From Octopus sinensis (taxonomy: Eukaryota): a DNA stretch of 64,000 bases. The notes under the pieces are model-generated. The model worked only from the letters and a program-made list of their open reading frames with translations, was not told where the DNA came from and made no database searches. Made by a program: the position numbers and the translations under genes. Where the stretch lies: the NCBI RefSeq assembly GCF_006345805.1, contig NC_042997.1, positions 44,826,001-44,890,000 on the forward strand, given 5' to 3'. Below, piece after piece: positions 51,625-64,000 of this stretch. The number at the start of each line of letters is the position of its first letter. Positions within the stretch are counted from its first letter, which is position 1.

Positions 51625-53385
51625 TATTATTTTATTTTTATTTCTATTTTTATCTAGTTTCAGCTCACAAGCTGTGGCCATGCTGGGGCACCACCATTCG
51701 GTGTTGCTACATGATTTTACTTCACGAATGCTTTTTAGCAATTGCCATTTAGTGCATGAGAGAGTTCGATGCAGCTGCCCTCATCTGTACCTCTTGCCGT
51801 GAAGTTAGTTCATCTGGGACACCTGACAAGAAGAGATCCAGTTTTATTTTAAAGACATCTGCATCCACCCCATGCAGGTCTCTTAGGTTCTTCGGGAGAA
51901 TATTGAAGAGCTGTGGGCCTGGGAAGCCCAGGCTATCACAGTATCTTGTCCTACATCTTGATGGCAAATTTGAAGTCTTTGGCACTATGCAGTGGCGCCC
52001 AGTTCTGGCATTTGTGTAACTCTTGATGCCAAAGTTTGGGACAAGTCCTTCTAGGATCTTCCAGATTTATATTATGGCATATCTTTCTCGCCTACGCTCT
52101 AAGGAATAGAGTCTCAATCTCTTGAGTCTTTCCCAATAGCTTATATGCTGCATAGAGGCTATCTTCTTCGTGTAGCTTCGTTCGATCGCCTTAAGCTCTG
52201 TGATTAACTCGACACTGGATGGTGACCATAGCTGAGAGCAATAGTCAAAGTGGCTTAGGACAAGTGTCCTCCAGAGGACCATCATGGTTTCCTGGTCTCT
52301 TGTTCTAAAGATTCTAAGAATTCATCCAGTCAGCAGCCTACATTTCATTGCCAATTTAGCAACATGCACCTGAAAGGTTGCATCATCACTCATGTAAATA
52401 CCCAGATCTCGCACTGATTGTGCCTCTGGGATTGCAATCCCTCCGGGTCCAGTGTATTTATTGGGTATTGCATTTAGTTTTGCATGCTGATAGCATAAAG
52501 CTTGAAACTTTTCAGCATTGAACTGCATGCTATTCTTTTCAGCCCACTTGTATATTTTGTCCAGCTCACATTGCAGGTGCTTAGTGTCTTCAGGTTTCTG
52601 TATTGCCTGTGAAACCTTTGTATCATCTGCATAACTTGTGATCGTGGCTCTCTGCGTGGCTGAGGGCATGTCTGAGAGGGCCATTATGAACAGTAGTGGT
52701 CCCAAAACAGTGCCTTGCGGAACACCGCTCACCGTTACTACCACCTGACTTCTATCCTTCAGAAAGTCATGAAGCCATTCTCTCAATTTTCCAACTATGC
52801 CAAGATCACGCAGTTTGTGACATATCATTCCATGATCGACTTTATGAAAGGCCTTTGCAAAGTCAAGATATATCACTTCCACATTTGAGTGGTTGAGCAG
52901 TTGTTTCAGCACCCAGTCATAGTGGTCGGAAACCATGTTGGGTGTCAGGCAGCAAGTCATTTTCTTCAAGGAAGGTGATTAGTTTCCTTCTGACTATTCG
53001 TTCCATGACCTTGCTGATGTGTGAGGTCAGAGAGATAGGTCTGTAGTTCTTGGCCTCTGTTCTGCTACCTCCTTTATGAATAGGGCATAAGTTACCCTCC
53101 TTCAGTTTTCTTTGAAGTTTTCCAGTTGCAAGGAAGTTCTGAAAGAGGGACTGCAGTGGTCTTGCTAGTTCTCGCTTACATACTTTTAGAAGGATTGCTG
53201 GGAATCCATCCAGGTCAGTAGCTGAGTTTGTTTTCATTTCATCAATAGCCTTTATTACATCGTCTTCCTTTATATTGATGTAATCAATCATCATTGCCTC
53301 TGTTTTAATATCTGCATTGGTAAAGAAGTCATTTGGATTGGTGGAGTGAAAATACTTTTGAATTGCTCATTTAGTATTTCACTTA
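51625..53385 (-). mobile_element. CR1-like family 1, copy D 3' piece (RT to tail)
   Basis: ORFs 52917-53294, 52322-52969, 52067-52285 and 51749-51985. Tail ggtgccccagcatggccacagcttgtgagctgaaac. Confidence 0.93.
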
Positions 53386-53411
53386 TATATAAACGCGTAT
53401 ATATATATATA

Positions 53412-53445
<34 letters not shown>

Positions 53446-53504
53446 ATATATATATATAAACGTGTGTATATATATTTTTTAACATATACATATGTATATA
53501 TATA

Positions 53505-53728
53505 TATTTCGTTTTTGGATTTGGTTTGCAAGATTCTTTGTGAATTCGTGTGTTGAAGCATATTGTTTCCACTTATTTTTAATTTTTATTTTCCTAAAAT
53601 TTTCATTGCGTCTTGCAACCTTTTCAATAGCCAAGACAATAAATAAAAATAAGAAATAAATGGAAATTTTACCGGTGAGTGTGTTAAATTATAAGGCACA
53701 ACAAAAATGTCCCTCCCCAGACACAAGA

Positions 53729-53778
<50 letters not shown>

Positions 53779-54060
53779 AGAGTTTACGAAAAAAAACAAA
53801 AGACGAAGACAGGCGGCGTACAAAACAAACAGATGTATTAACATCTGTTTGTTTTGTATGCTCTTGTGTCTGGGGAGGGACATTTTTGTTGTGCCTTATA
53901 ATTTAACACACTCGCCGGTAAAATTTCCACTTATTTCTTATTTTTATTTATAACGCTCAGGAATAGAAAAAGTCTTTTATGTTTCGAGCCTACGCTCTTC
54001 TACAGAAAGGGACACAGAAAAAACAAGGAGAGAAAAAAATGTGTGTAGTGGCTAACGATC
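53505..54060. repeat. Nested fold-backs of PLE-terminus-like repeats with variant hammerhead-like motifs
   Basis: 53641-53731 is inverted at 53858-53950, 53819-53835 at 53841-53857, and 53566-53592 at 53641-53666. A CUGUAGA hammerhead-like motif lies at 53974-54009 (-). Confidence 0.75.
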
Positions 54061-54063
54061 TAT

Positions 54064-54119
<56 letters not shown>

Positions 54120-54632
54120 TATTACTTCCGGCTTTCGAGGGTAGAGACGTGTTGCTTTGCTCTGTGATAAAAAAACAAAAAGGTTTGCATAAATCGACGA
54201 AATAATCGGCGAAAACTCATAAAAAACGTAGAACTTGCTATCTCATTGCGGTCTACTAGGATATATTAGTTAAAAACCGTAATATATTTCGCTTCAAGCC
54301 AAATATAATACACTAAACTTAATTACGCACGCCAGATTTTCCGTCGAAAAAAGCACGTGGTGACATCTTTTAAGTTTATTTCCAATCGACTCTAACAAGC
54401 AAAAAGAACCGTTTTTCTTTTCTTTTTTGAAAGAAAACCTCTTTGTATAGGGAGAAGATTTTAGGACTTCTACCTCTTATAAGTACCGCTTTTCATTTAT
54501 TTATTTTCTCGTAATTCAATGTAAGGACCTATTCTCTGTCTACATTCTTTAATAATCTTTCAGTTTCTGTTTCAGCTCCCTTACATCTCTCTAAAATTAT
54601 TCAATTTTAGATAGGCATATATTTATTAGTTG

Positions 54633-54689
<57 letters not shown>

Positions 54690-55313
54690 CTGAGCCCCTC
54701 AATCTCCCTAAATATATAGACGCGAATATTAGAAGTATAGTTTGCAATTAGTTTTGTTTAGAAGAAAACATTTGTAGCTACGGACAGGTATGTATTTATA
54801 ATTTACATCCTGTTAGTAATCTTTCATTTTCTGTTTCAGCTTCGTAACCTCCTCTCTTTCTTTTCTTTCTCTCTCTGTGTCTCTTCACTTCTCTCTATCA
54901 CACCATCTTTCTTCTCTCAGCCGCTCAATCTTTTGCATCACTTCCTCTCTTTCATCTCTTTCTCTATCACACCATCTTTCTTCTCTCAGCCTCTCAATCT
55001 TCCTAAATATATAGACTCTCTCTCACTCTCTTCTTAACTTCTCTCAGCCGCTCAATCTTTTGCATAACCTTCTCTCTTTCATTTTTTTCTCTCTCTATCT
55101 CTTCTCTTCTCTCCCTCACGCCTCTTTCCTTGTCTCTTCACTTCTCCACTTCTCTCTGTCACACCATCTTTCCTCTCTCAGCCTCTCAATTTTTCTAAAT
55201 TTATAGACGCGAACTTTCTTCTCTTACTCTCTTCTTATCTTCTCTCAGCTCTCAATCTCTCTAAATAAATAGACACTTTCTTTCTCTATTTCTTCTCTAC
55301 CCGCTATCGCACT

Positions 55314-55479
55314 ATTAAATTTTAAATATAATTAGATAGATAAATAAATAAAATATCCAAAATGTCCAGAACCTGGAGAAGTAACGAATTGGCGTTGTTC
55401 CTGAGAGCCTGGTAATGCTCCGAAGGAGATAATCTGAACAACATCATTACAGCTGCGCTGAAGAGCAGTGGATATAAAA
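55314..55479 (+). pseudogene. 5' fragment of CR1-like family 1 (Myb-like ORF start, premature stop)
   Basis: Highly similar to 7622-7790. ATG at 55362, and CAA has become TAA relative to copy A. Confidence 0.88.
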
Positions 55480-56934
55480 CTGATGCATTTTTAGCATGTT
55501 CTTGCACACTAGAACATGAAAAGGATTCACTGTGGAATTTTGTTTCAGAGATTCAATATATTTTGAGAGTAAAAATACACAAAACCAAATTCAAAATGAT
55601 GGCCAGTGGACTATAAGGCACAGGGTTTTAGCATGATTTCGTCTCTTCACTGGCAGACTTTAAAACAAGACCAGAACTTGTTTCTTTGCAGATAACAACA
55701 AACGGCACATTTGTTGGTGTGTGCTGAGACTTGTCAGGCTAGAATCAATTTAGTATAAGCTCATGAAACAGTGAGGATCAAAATAAAGACATTTATATTT
55801 ATATTTGTTTTTTAACATGTGCATACGGAAACATGAAGGACGTTCAATGCATAATTTTTACTCTGTTAAGTTGGCAACACTAAGGTGCATGTGTGCACAC
55901 ATGCACACACACACACATTAAGCTGCAAAGTAAGGCCTGTCACACTTTTAATATCACTTGCAGTGTACTTTTTCAATACTTGTAATAAAAGCATAAATTT
56001 TTAATCTAATGTTTTTGTTTTTCTTTGCCAATTTATACTGAAGTGGCTAAATTTGTATAAGTTTTACCCTTAAAAAATAAGTTTAGATAAGATCTATATC
56101 AGACACTGCATACCAAGTTAATACAAAAATGGCTCTTCAGTAATAGAAGTGCTAAGAAATGTTTGTTCTGTAAATGGAAATGAAGCTTTTAATGTACAGA
56201 TTTGCCAACAATGGTTTGGCTAGTCTTACTGCAGAAAGCTTTATCTTACAGATTACCCTCAATCCAGATAACCAAGCCCCATCAATATCATGCTCCTGAA
56301 AGCCATAGGTGAGGAAAATTCAAAGCAAACTGTATGAGAATTAGCAAAACAGCTCAACTTAAAGTCAAATTTCAAGCATAAAACACCTTCAAGAACTAGA
56401 AAAAGTGTCTAAACTTTGTCAGTGGGTCTCTCATTATCTGACTGTTTCTCAGCTTAAAACGTTGCTCTCTGCTTGTCATTGAATAGTAGACTTGCAACCA
56501 AAACTTTTTACTGTTCAAAGAAAAAAATATAGAATTTAACCTGAAATGGGATATAATAGGAAAGGCACAGCCTTATAAAAATAGCAGAGATGGTTGTGAA
56601 CTTTGCTCTATGGAAACATGAAATTTTAAAACATAGGAATAATACAAGCTTGTTGAATAACCGTTCTGAACTAGGACCATCTTGTATACATCATACCACC
56701 CGTACGTTTAAATATTTTAAATAACAATATTCTGACCATTCCTAAATTTTCAAATCCTAATACTTTATAACCAAATAAAAATTAATATACCATACTAGCT
56801 TTTATTCAACTTGCATAGATTACTAAGAAATTTCATTGCATATATGAATCTGAATATATAGAATTAAATGAAATTTTTTTTTTTGATAATCTCCTATATT
56901 TAAAAAGAATAAAATTCTATGTATCTAAGGAAAT

Positions 56935-57432
56935 ATATCTCCTTTACCTCCTCTATTTCATCACTGCCTATCACTATTCGACCTGTTGGTATGTTGTCTG
57001 ACTGCATGAACTTTGTTTTCATGTGGTTCATCTTGAGACCAACTGCAGAGCTTTTGATGTTGAGCTCTGTCAGCATGGTCTGAAGCTGATCCATGGTTTC
57101 AGCGATGATTACGACGTCATCAGCGAAACGGAGGTGGGAGAGTAGCTCGCCATTGATGTTGACACCACCTTGCCAGTCGATGCCTCTGATGATCTGCTTG
57201 AGACATGCGGCTCACTGATAATCGGTGGACTTGCGCAGTTGTCAAGTGGTACGTGCACAAGCAGAAACGACCACTCGGAAAACCTCAATGATGGTGGAGT
57301 TACGATTTCAGGAGGGCAATTGGGATCACGTGGATGAGAAAGGTGCAATCCAGAGAGGAGTGGACAGCATGCTGTGACTAGCGGTGTCAAGTGGATGCCC
57401 AACAGACTGGTCAGTCAAGGAGATCAAGGTGA
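56935..57432 (+). mobile_element. RTE-clade LINE 3' end with an inverted 5' segment
   Basis: The plus strand at 57205-57430 reads MRLTDNRWT...KRPLGKP...W with a caaggagatcaaggtga tail. The minus strand from 57208 to 56935 reads ACLKQII...INGELLSHLRFADD...GLKMNHMKTK. Confidence 0.88.
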
Positions 57433-58164
57433 TATATATATATATATAATTAAATTATGCACTTTATTGTGCTTTGCTATCTGTATGATCCTCTGGTCAA
57501 AAGAAAAATTGTCTTGTGTGAAATTGTTCCAAGGTATGAAAAAGGTTGTAGACTGCTGAAATACACAGAAGAGTTGAAAGAGACAAAAACTACAACATCT
57601 TGAAAATGTGATTTTTATTGTAAGTTTCAAAACTAATTTCACAGCAGAAAAAAAAAAAAAAATGATTTTTTTAAAAAAGCATGATACCAAGAATGGAAGA
57701 AGGAGTTTATGTTGGAAACAATTTTAGCATTACAAATAAGAGTTTAAACTGCTTCTGTATTTTTTAATTTTTTGTCTTATATATTGGGATTATTGTTATT
57801 TTAATGAACAATTTGTTGGTCAGGATATTATTTTCTTTTTTGATTTCCTTTTTTTATTTGTTTTTATAATGGTGTTGGATGGTTGTGGTGGTGGTGGTGA
57901 TGGTGGGCATCAGGGAAGATGGCGTGAATAATTACAATTTTTTTTTTTTTTCACAACCAGAAACAGAAAATGATGATCACAGTTGAACTAAGAGTGATCT
58001 TGTTGCTATTAATTAATTATTATTATTATGTTGTTGTTGATATAGTTTAGTCTTGGGGCCCATCTCTGATTGAGCTTTACCTATGATCTAAGACATTCTA
58101 GCCATGATCATTCTGTATTTTGCTCTCTCTCTCTCTCTCTATATATATATATTGATTGATTGAT

Positions 58165-58213
58165 TGATTCTAGTTTCAGCTCACGAGCTGTGGCCATGCT
58201 GGGGCACCGCCAT
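58165..58213 (-). mobile_element. Tail-only CR1 family 1 insertion
   Basis: ggcggtgccccagcatggccacagctcgtgagctgaaactagaatcaatcaat. Confidence 0.8.
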
Positions 58214-58547
58214 TTATATATATATATATATATAGTGAGATGACGTGGCCTAGTAATGAAGGTACAGCACCCACAATCACAAGACTGTGGTTTCAATATC
58301 CTGACTGGCTGGTGTGTTGTGTTCATGGGCTAAATACTTCATCTCATGTTCTTCTGCAATCATATCAACATCTGATGTGTAGTGCATTGTGCACCCGTAA
58401 AGGTAACATCAATTTGATGGCATGAACTAATGTACAGCACAATCATTTGCTTACTGTAAACAAATCTTTTGTGCAGATTGTTCATCTAGAAATGGTGGAA
58501 CCCTCATCTATTGTCTACAACAGAAGAGTCCACTACACACACACACA

Positions 58548-58576
<29 letters not shown>

Positions 58577-58579
<3 letters not shown>

Positions 58580-58895
58580 GATGCACGAAGATGGAGCAGG
58601 ACACCTGCTAACCTCCACTACTGATGAAAAGATTCAGCAAACTCCAGAGATGGTAACGACGAAACAGTTCACCACTACCATCTCTCGGATCACTGCTCTT
58701 TGCTCTTCTTTGATGTATTTTGCTAGTGGAGCGGTCACGCTTCACACTGTAAAGACTAAGAAAAATGGCACAATCAGGCTCAAACTTTGATCATGTGACC
58801 ACAACGGTACCAACTATTAGCACGCATGCGCAGAAGGCAGTGTGACAATAGTGTTATGGTGGGAGTGCAGATAAGTTTTGACTTCCCTTCATATA
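58577..58895. mobile_element. Mariner 5' fragments
   Basis: The minus strand has a TA-tgaagggaagtcaaaac TIR-like start and KYIKEEQRAVIR. The plus strand at 58577-58650 reads DGAGHLLTSTTDEKIQQ, like the mariner linker. Confidence 0.55.
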
Positions 58896-58909
58896 TATAT
58901 ATATATGAG

Positions 58910-59702
<793 letters not shown>

Positions 59703-60219
59703 CTACACTGTCCTATGCTTCTTACATTAAAAAAATTTTTAAGACATTAGTTTGTGATTTGGGGGTGAAATAGCTGCTATTTATAGCATGTCAAGCAATC
59801 AGGAAGATATTCCAACCCTAACTTTTGCTTTTCCTTTTTCTTTCTGAGGGTGGGTTTTCAAAAATCCCATAGAGATCAAATATTCTTTGTGTTGTTTCGC
59901 TATATTCTTCTTCTGTCAAAACCCTCTCTCTCTCTCTCAAACACACACACATTAGATTATATAACAATTGCATTTTTGGTCATTTCAGAAAAAAAGCAAA
60001 AATTTGTTGATAAATTTAAATAAAAATTATGTAAGATACTGTAATGTTTCCAGTGAAGTATTTTTTTTTTCCTTCTATAGGAATAAAAATCAACATATTG
60101 AAATGAAGAACTTGGAAGCTGTGATGTATGATAACAAGCATCAGAAATGAAACAGTTCCAAGAAAACCCAGATGCAGATGGTTGGATTGTGAAGAACATT
60201 CCTCTCATTTTGCATTTCA

Positions 60220-60417
60220 TAATAATAATAATAATAATAACAATAACAACAACAGTGAGCACAGAGCCACCATTTTGGAAGAGAGAGATACACTCAACTG
60301 AATCAATTTCAATATATTACTGGTACTTATTTTATCAACCCCAGAAGAATGAAAGTCAAAGTTGATCCTTAAAGGCACTCCTCTGTGTATGTCATTTACT
60401 AACTTTCACATTTGGTA

Positions 60418-60466
<49 letters not shown>

Positions 60467-61577
60467 TAATAATAACAATAATAATAATAATAATAATAAT
60501 AATGGTTTGAAATTTTGGCACAAGGCCAGCAATTTTAGGATTGGGGGTAAGTCAATTACATCGACCCCAGGACTCAACTGGTACTCATTTCATCGACCTC
60601 AAGAGGATGGACAACAAAGTTGACCTCGGCGGAATTTGAACTCAGAATGTAAAGATTTGAAAGGAATGCTACTAAGCATTTTACCTGATGCTCCAATGAT
60701 TCCGATAACTGTTAAGATGGTTGTGCTTGCACAATCACACATTTTCAAAGGACATCGGTGATAAAAGGTGAAAGAAAATATTTTAATGGACATCGTCCAT
60801 TCAAGAACTCAACCCTAGTCAATGATACTTCACCACCATAAAAATTGTACTCATGATAAATCAGTATTGAAATATAAATAGTTATGGGTTGGTGAATTGA
60901 CTCAGTTTGTAAGTGATTATAATTTTCTTTTGACTTTGAGGAGATGAAAGGCAAAGTTGAAACTGGCAGGATTTATGAGGATTTTATTGACTAACACGAA
61001 AAAAGGAAGTATCTATCTTAACTAAGAACATTATCAGTAATGAAATATGAAACAATATTCCACAAGATATGAATCTGATACTGTATTCATTTGTAGATGG
61101 TAGCAGCACTTCTCTTAATGTAGTGTATTTCAGGAGTTTATTTTATCAAATCTGAGACAGAGAGAGATAAGGGCAAAGCTATCTTACAGGCATTATGTAA
61201 AACTCAAAACAGTGAGAAAAAAAAAAAAACACTAAATAACACTAAGTGTTAATTCTGCTAAAAAATAACTATTTCTCACTGAAGCACAAGGCCACAAAGA
61301 TTTTGGAGAATAAAATAGTTCACTGAATCACTCCTGAACCAAATCTTGTCCTGTTTATCAGGTTTCCAGGCGACTGCACATGGGCAGTTTTTATTTGTCT
61401 ATTCTATTTATTTATTTGAGAGCAATATTGCAACTCTAGCCCAACAAAACATGAAACATGAGTTTAACTATGAAGATATTTAAAATCTGAACAGTTGTAT
61501 ATTGAAGTAGTCAAATCTGATTTTCTAATGGTTTCCACTGCCCTAACAATTGAAACTGAATGATAAGAAAACTCATA

Positions 61578-61622
<45 letters not shown>

Positions 61623-61665
61623 TAATAATAATAATAATAATATAATAATAATGATAATGATAATA

Positions 61666-61744
<79 letters not shown>

Positions 61745-62236
61745 TAATAATAATAATGTTTCTAAGTTAGAAAGACTTATTATCATTGTTTTTTGAGGTG
61801 TGATGTCTAGTTGATAACACCAACTCCATTACCAGACAGGTACATTTTTTAATTGACCTCAGAAGGATGAAAGGCAAGGTTGATCTTGGCGGGATTTGAA
61901 CTCAGAATGCAAGAAATAGCACAAGGTATTTTGTCTGATGCTCTAACAATTCTGCCATAAAAAAACAATAACCCAATAACAACAACAGCAACAACAATAA
62001 CAATAATAATGGTAATTCTTTCTAATTTTGGTACAAAACCAGTAGTTTTTTTTTTCTTTTTGAGGGGAAGGGGTTTAGTTGATATCATGGCTAGTGCTTT
62101 ATTTGATCGACCCTGGAGGGATGGAAGGCAAAGTTGACCTCAGCAGGATCCACAGTATAAAACACCATAACTAAATACCTCAAAGCATTTCATGTAATGC
62201 TCCAACAATTCTGCCAATCCAGTAGTAGTAGTGATG

Positions 62237-62282
<46 letters not shown>

Positions 62283-62756
62283 TGATGATGATGATGGTTT
62301 CTGATTTAGGCACATGGCCATCAATTTTGAGGGGATGGGGGCTCAATCAAAACCATCAATCCAGTACTTGACTGGTATTTTATTTTATCAACCCTAAAAG
62401 AATGAACAGCAAAGTTGGCCCCGGCAGGAAAAGAACTCAGAACGTAAAGTTTCGGAATAATTGTTTCTAATATAGGCACAAAGCCTGAAATTGATTGGGA
62501 GTGGGTTAGTTGATCATATCGATCCAGCACTTGACTATTACATCCTTCTAGCAAATAAGGACAATGATGGTTTCAAATATTTAAGCATGAGGTCAGTAAT
62601 TTTGATGGAAAGGAGTTAGTGATAACCACTGACCACAGTACTTGACTGGTACTTTATTGTATTGAAAACAAAGTTGATCACAGTGGGATTTGAACCCAGG
62701 ATGTGCAGAGCTGAAAGAAATACTACAATGCATTTTTTCAACACTCTAGTGATTCT

Positions 62757-62799
<43 letters not shown>

Positions 62800-63631
62800 T
62801 GATGATGATGATGATTTCACATTTTGGCACAGGGCCAGCAATTTCAGGGGAGGGCTAAGTCAATTACATCAACTCCAGTGTTCAACTGGTATTAATTTTA
62901 TCAATCTTGAAAGGACGAAAGGCAAAGTCGACCATGGTGGAATTTGAACTCAAAACATGAAGTTGGATGAAATGTTGCTAAGCATTTTGTCCAGCTAAGT
63001 ATTTTGATATAGGCAAAAGGCTACAAATTTTAGAGGCAACAGTATTTTAACTGACCTCAGTATTTGACCAGTACTTCATTTTATTGCCCCCAGAAGGATG
63101 AAAAGCAAAGAAAAAAAAACTTTGGTGAAATTTGAACAGAAAATGTAAATGAGTACAGCAAAAAACCACAAAATATTTTGCCCAATATTCTACCGATTCT
63201 ACCAATTCTTTGAAACAGTAATAATTTCATAAGGGTTGTAGTGTAGAAATGTATTTGATTGGATCCTGAATACTCTTCTGGTACTTTTGGAGATTGAAAG
63301 GCAGTGTTTGCCTGGCAGTATTTAAACTCAGAATATAAAGAAAGAAATATTTTGAGGTATTTTGTAAGGTCTAGCACTCAACTGTTTCTACCACTTCCCT
63401 GCTTTCATAATAATAATAATAAGAAGAATTGTTTCAAATTTTGGCACAAGGCCAGTAATTTTGAGGGTTGGGGTTAGTCAATATTGTCAACTTTAGCATT
63501 TAACCGGTTCTCTATTTTATTGACCACCCACAAAAGGATAAATCCTCAGCAGGATTTGAACTCTAAACGTCAAGAGTCAAATTCAGTGAGGCATTTTTTA
63601 ACATTATAATGATTCAGCCATTCCACTGATC

Positions 63632-63673
<42 letters not shown>

Positions 63674-64000
63674 TAATCCTTTCTACTATAGGCACAAGGC
63701 CTGAAATTTTTGGGGAAGGGTTAAGTTAATTACATCAAACCCAGTATTTCACTGATACTTAATTTATTGACCTTGAAGGGATGAAAGGCAAAGTTGAACT
63801 CGGTGGTATTTGAACTCGGAATGTGAAAACAGATGAAATACTACTAAGCATTTTGCCCGGCATGCTAACAAATCTGCCAGTTCATCACCTTAAAAATAAT
63901 AATGGTATCAAATTTTGCCACAAAGGCAGCAGTTTTTCGAGGGAGGGGATGAGTTGATTACATCGACCCCAGTGTTCAACTGGTACTTATTTTATCGACC
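60220..64000 (-). mobile_element. Array of 10 or more degenerate family A-related SINEs with (ATT)n tails, all in the same orientation
   Basis: The repeating plus-strand pattern is (aat)n-ggtttcaaattttggcacaaggcc...attacatcgaccccag...gaaaggatgaaaggcaaagttgacc...ggaatttgaactcagaa. Confidence 0.85.

Noticed and set aside
61511-62346. Poly-I/Y/L ORFs
   Set aside because: Translations of (AAT)n SINE tails.

Overview
This is AT-rich eukaryotic DNA that is almost entirely repeat-derived. The tRNA-derived SINE families and the very long (TA)n/(TG)n/(AAT)n tracts look like an Octopus (coleoid cephalopod) genome; this is recognition of repeat families, not a database result. Only one convincing host coding region is present: an intronless 319-aa type II membrane protein with GT-A glycosyltransferase-like motifs (38371-39330, +). 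The rest is CR1-like LINE fragments (two families), an RTE LINE, Penelope-like element (PLE) pieces, a Gypsy pol fragment, DNA transposon remnants (Helitron, hAT, mariner, Tigger, Chapaev3-like, piggyBac-type MITEs) and about 40 SINE copies. Three signals stand out. (1) Several PLE-type termini form fold-back palindromes carrying hammerhead ribozyme cores, including a TSD-flanked element with a tRNA head (Pol III boxes) and a hammerhead tail at 47788-48186. (2) The CR1-like LINEs appear to encode one Myb/SANT-like + CCCH zinc finger + APE + RT polyprotein, and their fragments repeatedly end in (TA)n tracts. (3) The orphan glycosyltransferase-like gene. Family names from memory are hedged, and all ribozyme calls are structural predictions.
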